A DNA stretch of 64,000 nucleotides from assembly GCA_009392915.1 (NCBI GenBank), contig CP045477.1, forward strand, positions 704,001 through 768,000, written 5' to 3'. Each line of letters begins with the position of its first letter. The first letter of the stretch is position 1. Under the pieces are notes generated by a model. It was not told the DNA's origin, ran no database searches, and worked only from the letters and a program-made list of their open reading frames with translations. This document shows positions 40,282 through 48,856 of this stretch, piece after piece. Origin of the DNA: Candidatus Forterrea multitransposorum CG_2015-17_Forterrea_25_41. Its GTDB lineage: Archaea > Iainarchaeota > Iainarchaeia > Iainarchaeales > CSSED10-239. Position numbers and translations under genes: made by a program.

Positions 40282-40647
40282 TTAATCCTCAAATTTATAT
40301 AATATTATTTCTGGTTTGTTTTGATAAAGTGTATATTTACCAGTTATTTTTATTTCTTTTTTAAAAGAAAATGCATTTTGTAGTAAATCAACATTAGTTT
40401 TTGATGGATTAAAATAAACCACATCTATGCATGAAGAAAGATTACATATTTTAAAAAACAAATTATTGTTTTCAAGAGAAAAATCTTTTAAATTTCCTGA
40501 AACTAACACTACTTGTTCCAAAAGAGAAGAATCTGGTGATAAGAGGTCTAAAATAGGTGCTTTAAAAAAAAGAGTGCAAAAAAGAAAAATTAAAAGTGAG
40601 ATTATAATTGTTAAAATTAAAAATAAATTTAATTTTTTTTCATCCAT
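40282..40647 (-). CDS. N-terminally anchored hypothetical protein in the pilus locus
   Basis: 121 aa. One TM segment, then a soluble domain. Start/stop abut the neighbouring genes. Confidence 0.35.
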   Translation of the reverse strand: MDEKKLNLFLILTIIISLLIFLFCTLFFKAPILDLLSPDSSLLEQVVLVSGNLKDFSLENNNLFFKICNLSSCIDVVYFNPSKTNVDLLQNAFSFKKEIKITGKYTLYQNKPEIILYKFED

Positions 40648-40651
40648 ACTT

Positions 40652-41143
40652 TTATTTAATAATTTTTTTTATTTTTACAGGTTTTTTATTTACAAAAAAT
40701 TTAGATAATTCAATTAAAATTACAGTGCCTTCTTTTAAAGGTTTTGAATATTTTAAAGAAAATTCTTTATTTAAATTAAAGAAAGGATCTTTAATTTTAA
40801 AATAAACTTCTTTAGAAGTGCTTTTTGTAACAACTCCATAAGTTATGTTAAATAATACTTTAAATAAATATAAATAAAGTACAACAAGACACATAAAGAC
40901 TAATAAAAAATAAATATGTGTGATATATTGAGAAATAATAAACATCCCTAAAATAGATGTAAACCCAATACCTACATAATTATATTTTGCTTTAATTAAC
41001 TTATAATTACCAATTTCTTTAATGTAGAATAAAAAAGTTAAAAGCATTAATAGTATTTTTAAAAATAAATTACCAGGAACAATTAAATTCACAATAATTG
41101 AAAATAAAAAAATAATCTCTAAATAAATAATATGCTTATCCAT
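40652..41143 (-). CDS. Membrane protein (4 TM plus soluble C-terminus) in the pilus locus
   Basis: 163 aa. Confidence 0.35.
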   Translation of the reverse strand: MDKHIIYLEIIFLFSIIVNLIVPGNLFLKILLMLLTFLFYIKEIGNYKLIKAKYNYVGIGFTSILGMFIISQYITHIYFLLVFMCLVVLYLYLFKVLFNITYGVVTKSTSKEVYFKIKDPFFNLNKEFSLKYSKPLKEGTVILIELSKFFVNKKPVKIKKIIK

Positions 41144-41159
41144 AATTTAATTTCACCTA

Positions 41160-41522
41160 TTAAATACATTCTAAACTAATACTAATATTATCAAACTTTG
41201 TTCTATCTAACAAACCATTAGTTAGTGTTGTGTAATTATAATCATCAGGAACTATTGGACAATTAGTTTCAAGTCCTTTATTTAAATAAACAATCATATC
41301 TAAGTTATCATTATCAAATACATAATTAATAGTGTTAATTGAATAAGAATGATTATATCCAGCGATATATTTTAATGTTAAATTTTTTGTTTTATGCATA
41401 GCAATATTAATATCAAAAGTTGATGTTAAAGTTGCAACTACAGTTATAGCTATAACCATTACAATTAAAAGAATAATTAAAAACTCTAAACTAGTTTGAG
41501 CTTTTTTATCTTGAAGCAACAT
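41160..41522 (-). CDS. Minor pilin (class III signal)
   Basis: MLLQDKKAQTSLEFLIILLIVMVIAI: A|QTSLEF. Confidence 0.55.
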   Translation of the reverse strand: MLLQDKKAQTSLEFLIILLIVMVIAITVVATLTSTFDINIAMHKTKNLTLKYIAGYNHSYSINTINYVFDNDNLDMIVYLNKGLETNCPIVPDDYNYTTLTNGLLDRTKFDNISISLECI

Positions 41523-41982
41523 CTATATCTCCAGCAATAGTTTTTTCAACAACTAAATAATTATTAAACCCTGGTCCAACTTCATCACAAGTAAAATCTA
41601 CATCTCCAATAGATACTAATTTTTCAAAAGTACAGATGTTTGTAGTAGAATCACATGCAGAGATATTAGGTTTAGGATTTTGAGAAGAAATTGATATTTG
41701 GTATTCAATAATGTTTGTTGCAGAATCACAGTTTATAATTTTTGCATTATCAGGAAGATAAAAATAAACTAATCTTTTACCATATCCAGGAGAACTTGCA
41801 AAAGATGCTAAATCATCTCCAAGTTTATCAATAGATTGTTTTGTTTGAGTAATATTATAAATATCACCTACAATATTTTCTGAAAAAACAATATTTGGAT
41901 ATATGATTGCTTGAAAAAATAATAATAAAATAGATATTAAAATAATGTATTCAATTGCAATTTGTCCTTTTATATTTTTCAT
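41506..41982 (-). CDS. Minor pilin (class III signal)
   Basis: MKNIKGQIAIEYIILISILLLFF: G|QIAIEY. Confidence 0.55.
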   Translation of the reverse strand: MKNIKGQIAIEYIILISILLLFFQAIIYPNIVFSENIVGDIYNITQTKQSIDKLGDDLASFASSPGYGKRLVYFYLPDNAKIINCDSATNIIEYQISISSQNPKPNISACDSTTNICTFEKLVSIGDVDFTCDEVGPGFNNYLVVEKTIAGDIDVASR

Positions 41983-42013
41983 TTAAAATTCCTTCCTTTT
42001 ATATTATTTAAGC

Positions 42014-43135
42014 TTAAAAAATAAACCAAATAAAATCTCCAAAAATATTTAATAAAATATACGCTATTAACACAGAAGGGGTAAATGGAATTGTTTTTTT
42101 TAAAACTATCTCCTTCTCTAAATTATGTTTATATGAACTCTTTAAAAAGGTTATGTCTTCAGGTAAAAGACCCCCTATTTTCCTAGAATCTATGATTAGT
42201 TTATTTGATTTTTGTTTAGAGGTATATTCTTTTAAATAATCAATAAAGGATATTTTTTTTTCAATAACTTTTTTATTTGATAAATAATAATTATTTAAAA
42301 CAACATCTCCTTCTTTTAAATCATTTATTTTTTTACTAAAAGTTAATATCTTTGAAGAAATTATTTTATAAAAAGTTATACTTAAGAAAATAATAATAAT
42401 AGTTATAGTAATTATTAATAAATCATAGAAAACAAATATTCTTTTTGAATAAAACAAAGAATATCCAATTAATAATAAATAAAGCCCTAAAACTAAATAA
42501 TTATAGTGAAGAATATTTTGTTTTTCAATTTTTCTAAAAAACAAGATAAACATTATAGATAATAAAAAATAAATTAAAAAAGGGATATACATTTCAAAAA
42601 TATTAAAAAAAGAAGAAATTAAGAAAAGTATTAAAATAGAACTTACTAAAGAAAATAATGTGTTTTTTGTTTTTAATAAATTTATAAGTATTCTATAGTG
42701 TCTTTTAAATATAAATAAATAAATAGAACTAATTAAGAGAATAGGTGCTGTAGAAAGAATAGCAGTTAGTATTAAAGTCAAAGAAAATACAGGGATTGTT
42801 ATTATTTTAAAAGAAAATAAAAAGCCTAAAAAATTAATATTAAAAGGATTTAAGAAAGAAATTGCAGAAAACAACTTTAAATCACCACCTGCAAAGAAAC
42901 CAAACTCCCAAAGAACATACCCTACAATAAAGGTTATACCAAAAGATAAAAAAGCATTAAGAAGAATAGATATTTTTGAGAAATAAATTGTTTCTATTAT
43001 TTTAAAAATAACTCCAATAATTAATAAATATAATACTAAAAAATTTGGAACAATTCTTTTTTTAATATCATAATAACTTGCAAATAATAAAAATATCAAA
43101 GTTATTGAAAATGCAAAAAAAGGAAAGTTAAACAT
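42014..43135 (-). CDS. Prepilin peptidase (A24 family, PibD/FlaK/TadV-like) with an about 130-aa C-terminal extension
   Basis: Asp23 in SYYDIKKRIVPN. Second Asp in FFAGGDLKLF (GxGD-type). Multi-TM. 373 aa versus the typical ~250. Confidence 0.6.
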   Translation of the reverse strand: MFNFPFFAFSITLIFLLFASYYDIKKRIVPNFLVLYLLIIGVIFKIIETIYFSKISILLNAFLSFGITFIVGYVLWEFGFFAGGDLKLFSAISFLNPFNINFLGFLFSFKIITIPVFSLTLILTAILSTAPILLISSIYLFIFKRHYRILINLLKTKNTLFSLVSSILILFLISSFFNIFEMYIPFLIYFLLSIMFILFFRKIEKQNILHYNYLVLGLYLLLIGYSLFYSKRIFVFYDLLIITITIIIIFLSITFYKIISSKILTFSKKINDLKEGDVVLNNYYLSNKKVIEKKISFIDYLKEYTSKQKSNKLIIDSRKIGGLLPEDITFLKSSYKHNLEKEIVLKKTIPFTPSVLIAYILLNIFGDFIWFIF

Positions 43136-43160
43136 ACATTATTTTCTCAACAAAAATTAT

Positions 43161-43349
43161 TTATAAAGAAGCTAAAATATTATCTCTATAAGTTAATATT
43201 TTAGATTTTGCAACAGTTATAAAACTATTTAAATTTAATATAACAATACCTGTTGTAATTACTAAAATCATACCAAAAACAATCATGATTAGATATTCAA
43301 TAGAGACTTGACCTCTTTGGTCATTTAAAAGTAAATTTAATCTATTCAT
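43161..43349 (-). CDS. Flp-size pilin (62 aa)
   Basis: NDQRGQVSIEYLIMIVFGMILVI: G|QVSIEY. Confidence 0.55.
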   Translation of the reverse strand: MNRLNLLLNDQRGQVSIEYLIMIVFGMILVITTGIVILNLNSFITVAKSKILTYRDNILASL

Positions 43350-43372
43350 AATATATAATCACTAAATCTTAA

Positions 43373-43840
43373 TTACCTTGCAACACATGAAGATGCAGGA
43401 GTTGATGGTCTTGAATGAACATTATTTTTAACAGTTATAACTGATACTTCATACTCTGTTCCAACTGAATCTACAGATAAATCACTTGCAGGAACCTGTA
43501 AAATACTAGTGCCTTCTTGAACATATAACACATCTGTTCCTGATGGATAAGGATCATTATTATCTATTTTTATTCTATAACCTGTATTTGGAGCTGAAGA
43601 TACTAAATTAATAGTTACATTTCCACTTGCAACACAATCAACACTTGTAACAATTGGTGGAACTAAAGTATTATCTAAAATAGTTGTAATAGCTTCATCT
43701 TGCTGCAAAGCAGCTTCTCTATTAGAAGCATTCATATTAGTTATTAAAATAATCACAGAAATTGCAATAATTATAGTAGCACCAATCAAAAGCAAATATT
43801 CCATTGCTCCTTGTCCTTTTTGTTTTTTTAAAAATGTCAT
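43373..43840 (-). CDS. Pilin with C-terminal beta domain
   Basis: KKQKGQGAMEYLLLIGATIIIAI: G|QGAMEY. Confidence 0.6.
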   Translation of the reverse strand: MTFLKKQKGQGAMEYLLLIGATIIIAISVIILITNMNASNREAALQQDEAITTILDNTLVPPIVTSVDCVASGNVTINLVSSAPNTGYRIKIDNNDPYPSGTDVLYVQEGTSILQVPASDLSVDSVGTEYEVSVITVKNNVHSRPSTPASSCVAR

Positions 43841-43880
43841 AAATTACCATCTTTCTTTTAAAAATAAAAAAATAAAATAA

Positions 43881-43909
43881 AGTTGATTTTTTTTAAAAAA
43901 AAAAATCAA
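43881..43909. terminator. Hairpin GTTGAT8-A11TCAAC between the first long pilin gene and the downstream pilins (candidate attenuator/terminator)
   Basis: GTTGATTTTTTTT...AAAAAAAATCAAC lies 20 nt after the stop of 43929..44447. It shares the GTTGATTT/AAATCAAC core with 22572-22600. Confidence 0.5.
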
Positions 43910-43928
43910 CCTATTTTTAATTAACTAC

Positions 43929-44447
43929 TTAATCAACCCAACTAAATCTATAACCTTGAGATGTTACTGTTTGGTTATTCTTTGTTGTTTTAATATATAA
44001 GTAGTAAGAGTCACCACATTTGTTACCACTATTTAAAGTTAAATCCACATTTAAACCGTTAACTTCATTTGGATTTAAATCTGTTTCATCAATTGTCTCT
44101 AAACCAGAATTATCTGTTAATGAATCTATTGTTAATTCATTATTACTTGAATCCATGATATATAACTCGTGACTTCCACCTTCACCTAATGGTCTCCAAG
44201 AGAAATTTAAGTCAGCAGTTAATGCAGTTGAATCACATGCATCATATGCAGCAACAACTTGTACAATTTGTGATGGTTGAGGAACGTCTGTTGCTTGATT
44301 TGCTTTTTCAGCTTGAGCAGCAGCAGAGTCTCTTGATTGTCCACCCATACCTACAAGTAATGCAATAACAATAACAGCAATTAATACTGCACCACCAATT
44401 AAAAGAAGATACTCAAGAGCACCTTGTCCTTTAAATTTTTTATTCAT
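43929..44447 (-). CDS. Pilin (172 aa) with conserved C-terminal CGDSYYLYI..KNNQ..SQGY.F.W domain
   Basis: MNKKFKGQGALEYLLLIGGAVLIAVIVIALLV: G|QGALEY. Confidence 0.65.
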   Translation of the reverse strand: MNKKFKGQGALEYLLLIGGAVLIAVIVIALLVGMGGQSRDSAAAQAEKANQATDVPQPSQIVQVVAAYDACDSTALTADLNFSWRPLGEGGSHELYIMDSSNNELTIDSLTDNSGLETIDETDLNPNEVNGLNVDLTLNSGNKCGDSYYLYIKTTKNNQTVTSQGYRFSWVD

Positions 44448-44579
44448 TTTTAAACACCTTTTTTATATTTTTTAAACATCACACATAAAGTGTATAACTA
44501 ATAACTTGTACTAGTTAAATTAATTAAAATATTACATACAATATATTTATATATGTTTCTTTTCAATATTTCAAACCAA

Positions 44580-44753
44580 TTAACTATTATTAACTATTGA
44601 TTGATAGTCAGTTGCAGTCTTAACATTCTTTGCAGAAGTTTGTTTTACAAAAATTCCAACAGTTAATGCAACTAATATAACAACTCCAGTAATAATTATA
44701 AACTCTAAAGAAACCTGTCCTTTATTATCTTTTATTAATCTTCTTAATTTCAT
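44580..44753 (-). CDS. Short Flp-type pilin, 57 aa (not in ORF track; candidate major pilin)
   Basis: Reverse-strand ORF: ATG at 44751-44753, stop at 44580-44582. MKLRRLIKDNKGQVSLEFIIITGVVILVALTVGIFVKQTSAKNVKTATDYQSIVNNS. G|QVSLEF motif. Confidence 0.55.
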   Translation of the reverse strand: MKLRRLIKDNKGQVSLEFIIITGVVILVALTVGIFVKQTSAKNVKTATDYQSIVNNS

Positions 44754-44755
44754 AT

Positions 44756-45652
44756 CTAAACCATTCCTGAAAGCATTAAATTAAGTATTACTTGAGAAAT
44801 AAAATATACTATATATCCAATAGTAATTAATACAGGGAAAAATAAAACTACAAAGCTTAAATCTCCTTCTCTCATAACACTTATCATTGATGCAGCAGCA
44901 AATATTTCAATAACAATATAAATATCTAAAAGTAAAAAGATTGTTTTTTGAGCATCTAAAGAAACTTGTAAAGCCTCTGCTGCTGCAATTCCTGAATTTA
45001 CAGCTATATCTGTTAAAAAACCAGTAATTACTCTTGTCATTCCAAAAATAAATGGAGCCACAATTGCAGAAGCAGCAACAATAAAAATTGTTTGAAGCAT
45101 TGTTTTTGTTTGTCTTTCCTTTTTAACCCTGAACAATTGTTTAGTGTCATTTGCAATTTCTTCTAAAACATCAGCTAATTGTGCACCTGTTCTTAAAGAT
45201 TCTTGAATTAAAGTAATAGTTCTTCTTACAATTTTAGATTCAATTCTTAAAGCTAAATAACTTAAAGCAACATACATTGAATCTCCCATTTCAAGTCTTC
45301 TAATAGCTTCATTAATTTCAAAAGAAAGGGGTCCGAAATCAGCAGTGGATACTTCTCTTAAAGCAAAATCAAATGAAGAACCAGCCTTCATTGTGTCTGC
45401 AATTAACTTTAAAGAATCTGGCCAATATCTTTCAATTTCTCTTATTTTTTTAAAATAAAGATACATTGGAAGACCTAAACCTAAAACTAAAGCATTTACA
45501 AATAATAAAAGTCCGATCTTTATATCTAAGAAATAACCGATTATCCCTAAGAATATACTTGCAAAAAATATTAAAACAATCCATATTTTTGCAGGAATCT
45601 TTATTTTTAAAGCATATAAAAATACTTGATATCTGTCTAATCCTTTACTCAA
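44756..45652 (-). CDS. TadC/FlaJ-like platform protein (single T2SS-F domain)
   Basis: About 6 TM with a cytoplasmic helical domain. It pairs with 45659..46804. Confidence 0.55.
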   Translation of the reverse strand: MSKGLDRYQVFLYALKIKIPAKIWIVLIFFASIFLGIIGYFLDIKIGLLLFVNALVLGLGLPMYLYFKKIREIERYWPDSLKLIADTMKAGSSFDFALREVSTADFGPLSFEINEAIRRLEMGDSMYVALSYLALRIESKIVRRTITLIQESLRTGAQLADVLEEIANDTKQLFRVKKERQTKTMLQTIFIVAASAIVAPFIFGMTRVITGFLTDIAVNSGIAAAEALQVSLDAQKTIFLLLDIYIVIEIFAAASMISVMREGDLSFVVLFFPVLITIGYIVYFISQVILNLMLSGMV

Positions 45653-45658
45653 ATTAAA

Positions 45659-46804
45659 TCACATTTTTGGTTCAATCATTTTAATATAATATACTAAAAA
45701 GATGAATATTATTGGTAGTGCTACTGCAAAAATTAAAGTTAATGTTGTTGGTGTCATAACTCCTGGTAAAAACAAAGATCCATCTTGTCCTAGAGGAGCA
45801 TTTGCAATTGCACCTAAAATTGCAGCAAATACAGGCATAACAATAGCCATGAAAATAAAAATAATTCCAAAGAAATTCATTTTTTCTCCGAATGTTTTAG
45901 TAGATTCTAAAAGATCAAAAGATACTGTGTCTGCAACACTATTAATTGTGCTTGCCAAATTACCACCTGTATTTAATGTTCTAACAATGTGGAAAAGTGC
46001 AATGTTATAATTTTTAGATTGACTTCTTAATGCAGAATGTCTTAAAGCTGTTTTTGTATCAGTACCATTTTCAATTTCTAAGATGGTTCTATTCATTTCT
46101 TCTGATAATACACCATAATCATTTGCAGCAACAGATTGTAATACTTTATAAAGACCAATACCTGCTTGAAGTTCTGTTGCAATATGTCTTAAAGCAAATG
46201 GAAGTTCAATATCAATATAGACTCCTCTGGATTTTGCTTTTTGCATTGGAATAACATATGAAAGAATAAAAACAAATACTAAAAATAAAATTGGCCAAAT
46301 AAAAAGGATACTAACTGTCCATAAAGGCATAGTTGCAACAAAAATAATTAATAATAAAAAAGATAAAAAACTTGCAATCAATAAAGAAAATATAGTTGAA
46401 AGAACTAAATGTTGTACTAATGTTCTTTTATAGTTTGCAGAGGTTAAATAATAAGATATTTTTTTACCTAAAGAATTCTTTAAAATATATAAAACCACAG
46501 AATCAACTAATTTTTTAAAAGGTTTATAATATTTAGCAGCACTTTTTTCAAGAGTACCTTCTGTATTTGCAGCTAATTTATTTTCAGCATCAACATCAAA
46601 CTGAGAAAGTCTACCTTGAGAAATTACTTCTCTTAGTTCTTTTAAATGACCTTCAGATAAAGATTCAGATGTAATATTTTTGTCCTTTTCTTTCATTTTT
46701 TTAACAATATTTTGAACAGCATCTAAATCTACATCTAAGTCGTCTTTCTTGGATTTATTTTTTTCTAAATCACTTTTTAAAAGTTCTAATTTTTTTGAAT
46801 CCAT
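45659..46804 (-). CDS. TadB/FlaJ-like platform protein (single T2SS-F domain)
   Basis: ELPFALRHIATELQAGIGLYKVLQSVAANDYGVLSEEMNRTILEIENGTDTKTAL is T2SS-F-like. Confidence 0.6.
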   Translation of the reverse strand: MDSKKLELLKSDLEKNKSKKDDLDVDLDAVQNIVKKMKEKDKNITSESLSEGHLKELREVISQGRLSQFDVDAENKLAANTEGTLEKSAAKYYKPFKKLVDSVVLYILKNSLGKKISYYLTSANYKRTLVQHLVLSTIFSLLIASFLSFLLLIIFVATMPLWTVSILFIWPILFLVFVFILSYVIPMQKAKSRGVYIDIELPFALRHIATELQAGIGLYKVLQSVAANDYGVLSEEMNRTILEIENGTDTKTALRHSALRSQSKNYNIALFHIVRTLNTGGNLASTINSVADTVSFDLLESTKTFGEKMNFFGIIFIFMAIVMPVFAAILGAIANAPLGQDGSLFLPGVMTPTTLTLIFAVALPIIFIFLVYYIKMIEPKM

Positions 46805-46840
46805 TAAAATCTTTTTTTTAATTTATTTTAAATATATATA

Positions 46841-48856
46841 CTATCTTTTTAGTATATATTCTTTTTGGACTTCATGTGCAACATCATTAATAGCCCTAAT
46901 TTTCTTAGAACGTAAATCTTCAAGGATTTTTGCTCTATCACTAATTTTATTTAAAATATCTTGATCATTTAAGTTTGTGTATGTTTTAATTAAATCAAAG
47001 TAAAGAATAGGTTCTTTAGTTCTTTCAAGAGAATCTGTTTCAGGATTCCAAACAAAGACCATATTTATCTTTGGATCTCCATCTAACACACCCATAATCT
47101 CTGCAATTGCAGTAATTCTTCTAACTTGTCCTTTTGAAGTTCTTAATCTTTTTTGAATAATTATAAAATCAATTCCTGCAAGCATTAATGGAGGAACATC
47201 CATTGGTGGTGAAGTTAATCTTACAATTGTTTCTTTTGCAGAATTTGCGTGCACTGTACCCATACAACCATCGTGACCAGTGTTCATGGCAGTGAAAAGA
47301 GTAGTTGCTTCTTTGTGTCTAATTTCACCTACAACTATTCTATCAGGTCTCATTCTTAAAGTGTTTTTAGTTAAGATTTCTAAACTTAATTCACCTTTTC
47401 CTTCTAGGCCTGGTGGTTTTCCTTCAAATCTAATTACATGCTTTATAGGAAGTCTTAATTCCGCAGTGTCTTCAATTGTTAATATTCTGTCTGCTTCTGG
47501 AATAAAGTTTGCAAGAACATTTAATGTAGTTGTTTTTCCAGAACCAGTACCACCTGAAATTAAAATATTTGCAGGTTTTGCACCAAATCCTTCAACAACA
47601 CACCACAAAAATGCAGCTACTTCTAAATTAAGTGTTTTAAAGTTTATTAAATCAACTATAGTGTAAGGATCATCTCTGAACTTTCTAATAGTAACTGTAG
47701 AACCATCAATTGATGCTGGAGGCACAGTAGCATTTACACGAGAACCATCTGGAAGTCTTGCATCTAAAAGAGGATTTGAAATATCTACACTTCTTCCTAA
47801 AGATCTTGCAATTTTATCAATAATATCATTAATTCCATCATCTGAAAAGAAAATAATATTTGTTGTCATCATTCCATAATCTACATGGTAAACATATACT
47901 GGTTTTTTAGGACCAACAATCATAATTTCTTCTAATTTGTCATCTTCAAGTAATGGTTCAATCACACCATAACCAGTCATTTCTTTAACAACTGCATCTG
48001 CATAAAAAGGATAAAGATGTTTTGGGATATTTATTTCTTGTGCAGTTTCTAAAATATCAATTACTTTTTGATAATATATGTTTTTTCTTTGAAGAGGATC
48101 TCTTATTTTATAAGGATCAGAAGCAACAAGTCTTGTGGTTGCTTCTTTTAAAGTATTAATTATAATTTTTTGACTAGGATTTGGTTTTGGAACAGGAACA
48201 GAATAGTGTAATATAGATTGAGTGTCAAGTCTATAAATTTTAACTTCACCATATTTTGTAACTAATGTAGCCCCATCAATTTTTTCTTCTTGTTTTTCAA
48301 AAGCAGAATCTCCTTTTGTTTCAGAAAGTTCTGAAGATTTTATTTCTGAATTAGTATTAAGTGCTTTTAATTTTGAAAGGGCATCAAGTTTATTTTGTTT
48401 TTGTGTATCTGTATCAAAAACAGAATCTTTATCATCTTCAATTAATTTTTTTTCTTTTTCAGATAAATCACCAATATCTAATGTTTTTGATTTTTCTTGA
48501 GAGTCTTGTTTTTCAGCATTTTTTGCTTTTAATCTTTCAAATAAAGAATCTTGTGATTCTGTTGAATTTACTTTTTCTTGTTTTTTAGAAGAATCAAATT
48601 CAGATAAATCCATTATTTTTTTGTTTTGTGTAAAAGAAGATGGCTCTTGTGATTTATTGTGAGAATCAACATCAACAGATTTTTTTTCAAAAAAGTTATC
48701 TTGCTTTAAAGTTTCTTTTTTAGAATCTAGAGAAATTTCTTCTTTCTTTTCAGGTGCATTTTCAGCAGCTTTTCTAGCTTCTTCTTTTTGTTTATCTTTT
48801 TCTAAACTATATTTTCCAACTAAATCATCAATATATGAGGGCATAAAATTATTCAC
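46841..48856 (-). CDS. Pilus assembly ATPase (FlaI/TadA/GspE family) with a disordered K/E/S-rich N-terminal region of about 230 aa
   Basis: ILISGGTGSGKTTTLNVLANFI (Walker A), ILTIEDTAELRL (Asp box) and a His box region. Confidence 0.8.
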   Translation of the reverse strand: MNNFMPSYIDDLVGKYSLEKDKQKEEARKAAENAPEKKEEISLDSKKETLKQDNFFEKKSVDVDSHNKSQEPSSFTQNKKIMDLSEFDSSKKQEKVNSTESQDSLFERLKAKNAEKQDSQEKSKTLDIGDLSEKEKKLIEDDKDSVFDTDTQKQNKLDALSKLKALNTNSEIKSSELSETKGDSAFEKQEEKIDGATLVTKYGEVKIYRLDTQSILHYSVPVPKPNPSQKIIINTLKEATTRLVASDPYKIRDPLQRKNIYYQKVIDILETAQEINIPKHLYPFYADAVVKEMTGYGVIEPLLEDDKLEEIMIVGPKKPVYVYHVDYGMMTTNIIFFSDDGINDIIDKIARSLGRSVDISNPLLDARLPDGSRVNATVPPASIDGSTVTIRKFRDDPYTIVDLINFKTLNLEVAAFLWCVVEGFGAKPANILISGGTGSGKTTTLNVLANFIPEADRILTIEDTAELRLPIKHVIRFEGKPPGLEGKGELSLEILTKNTLRMRPDRIVVGEIRHKEATTLFTAMNTGHDGCMGTVHANSAKETIVRLTSPPMDVPPLMLAGIDFIIIQKRLRTSKGQVRRITAIAEIMGVLDGDPKINMVFVWNPETDSLERTKEPILYFDLIKTYTNLNDQDILNKISDRAKILEDLRSKKIRAINDVAHEVQKEYILKR

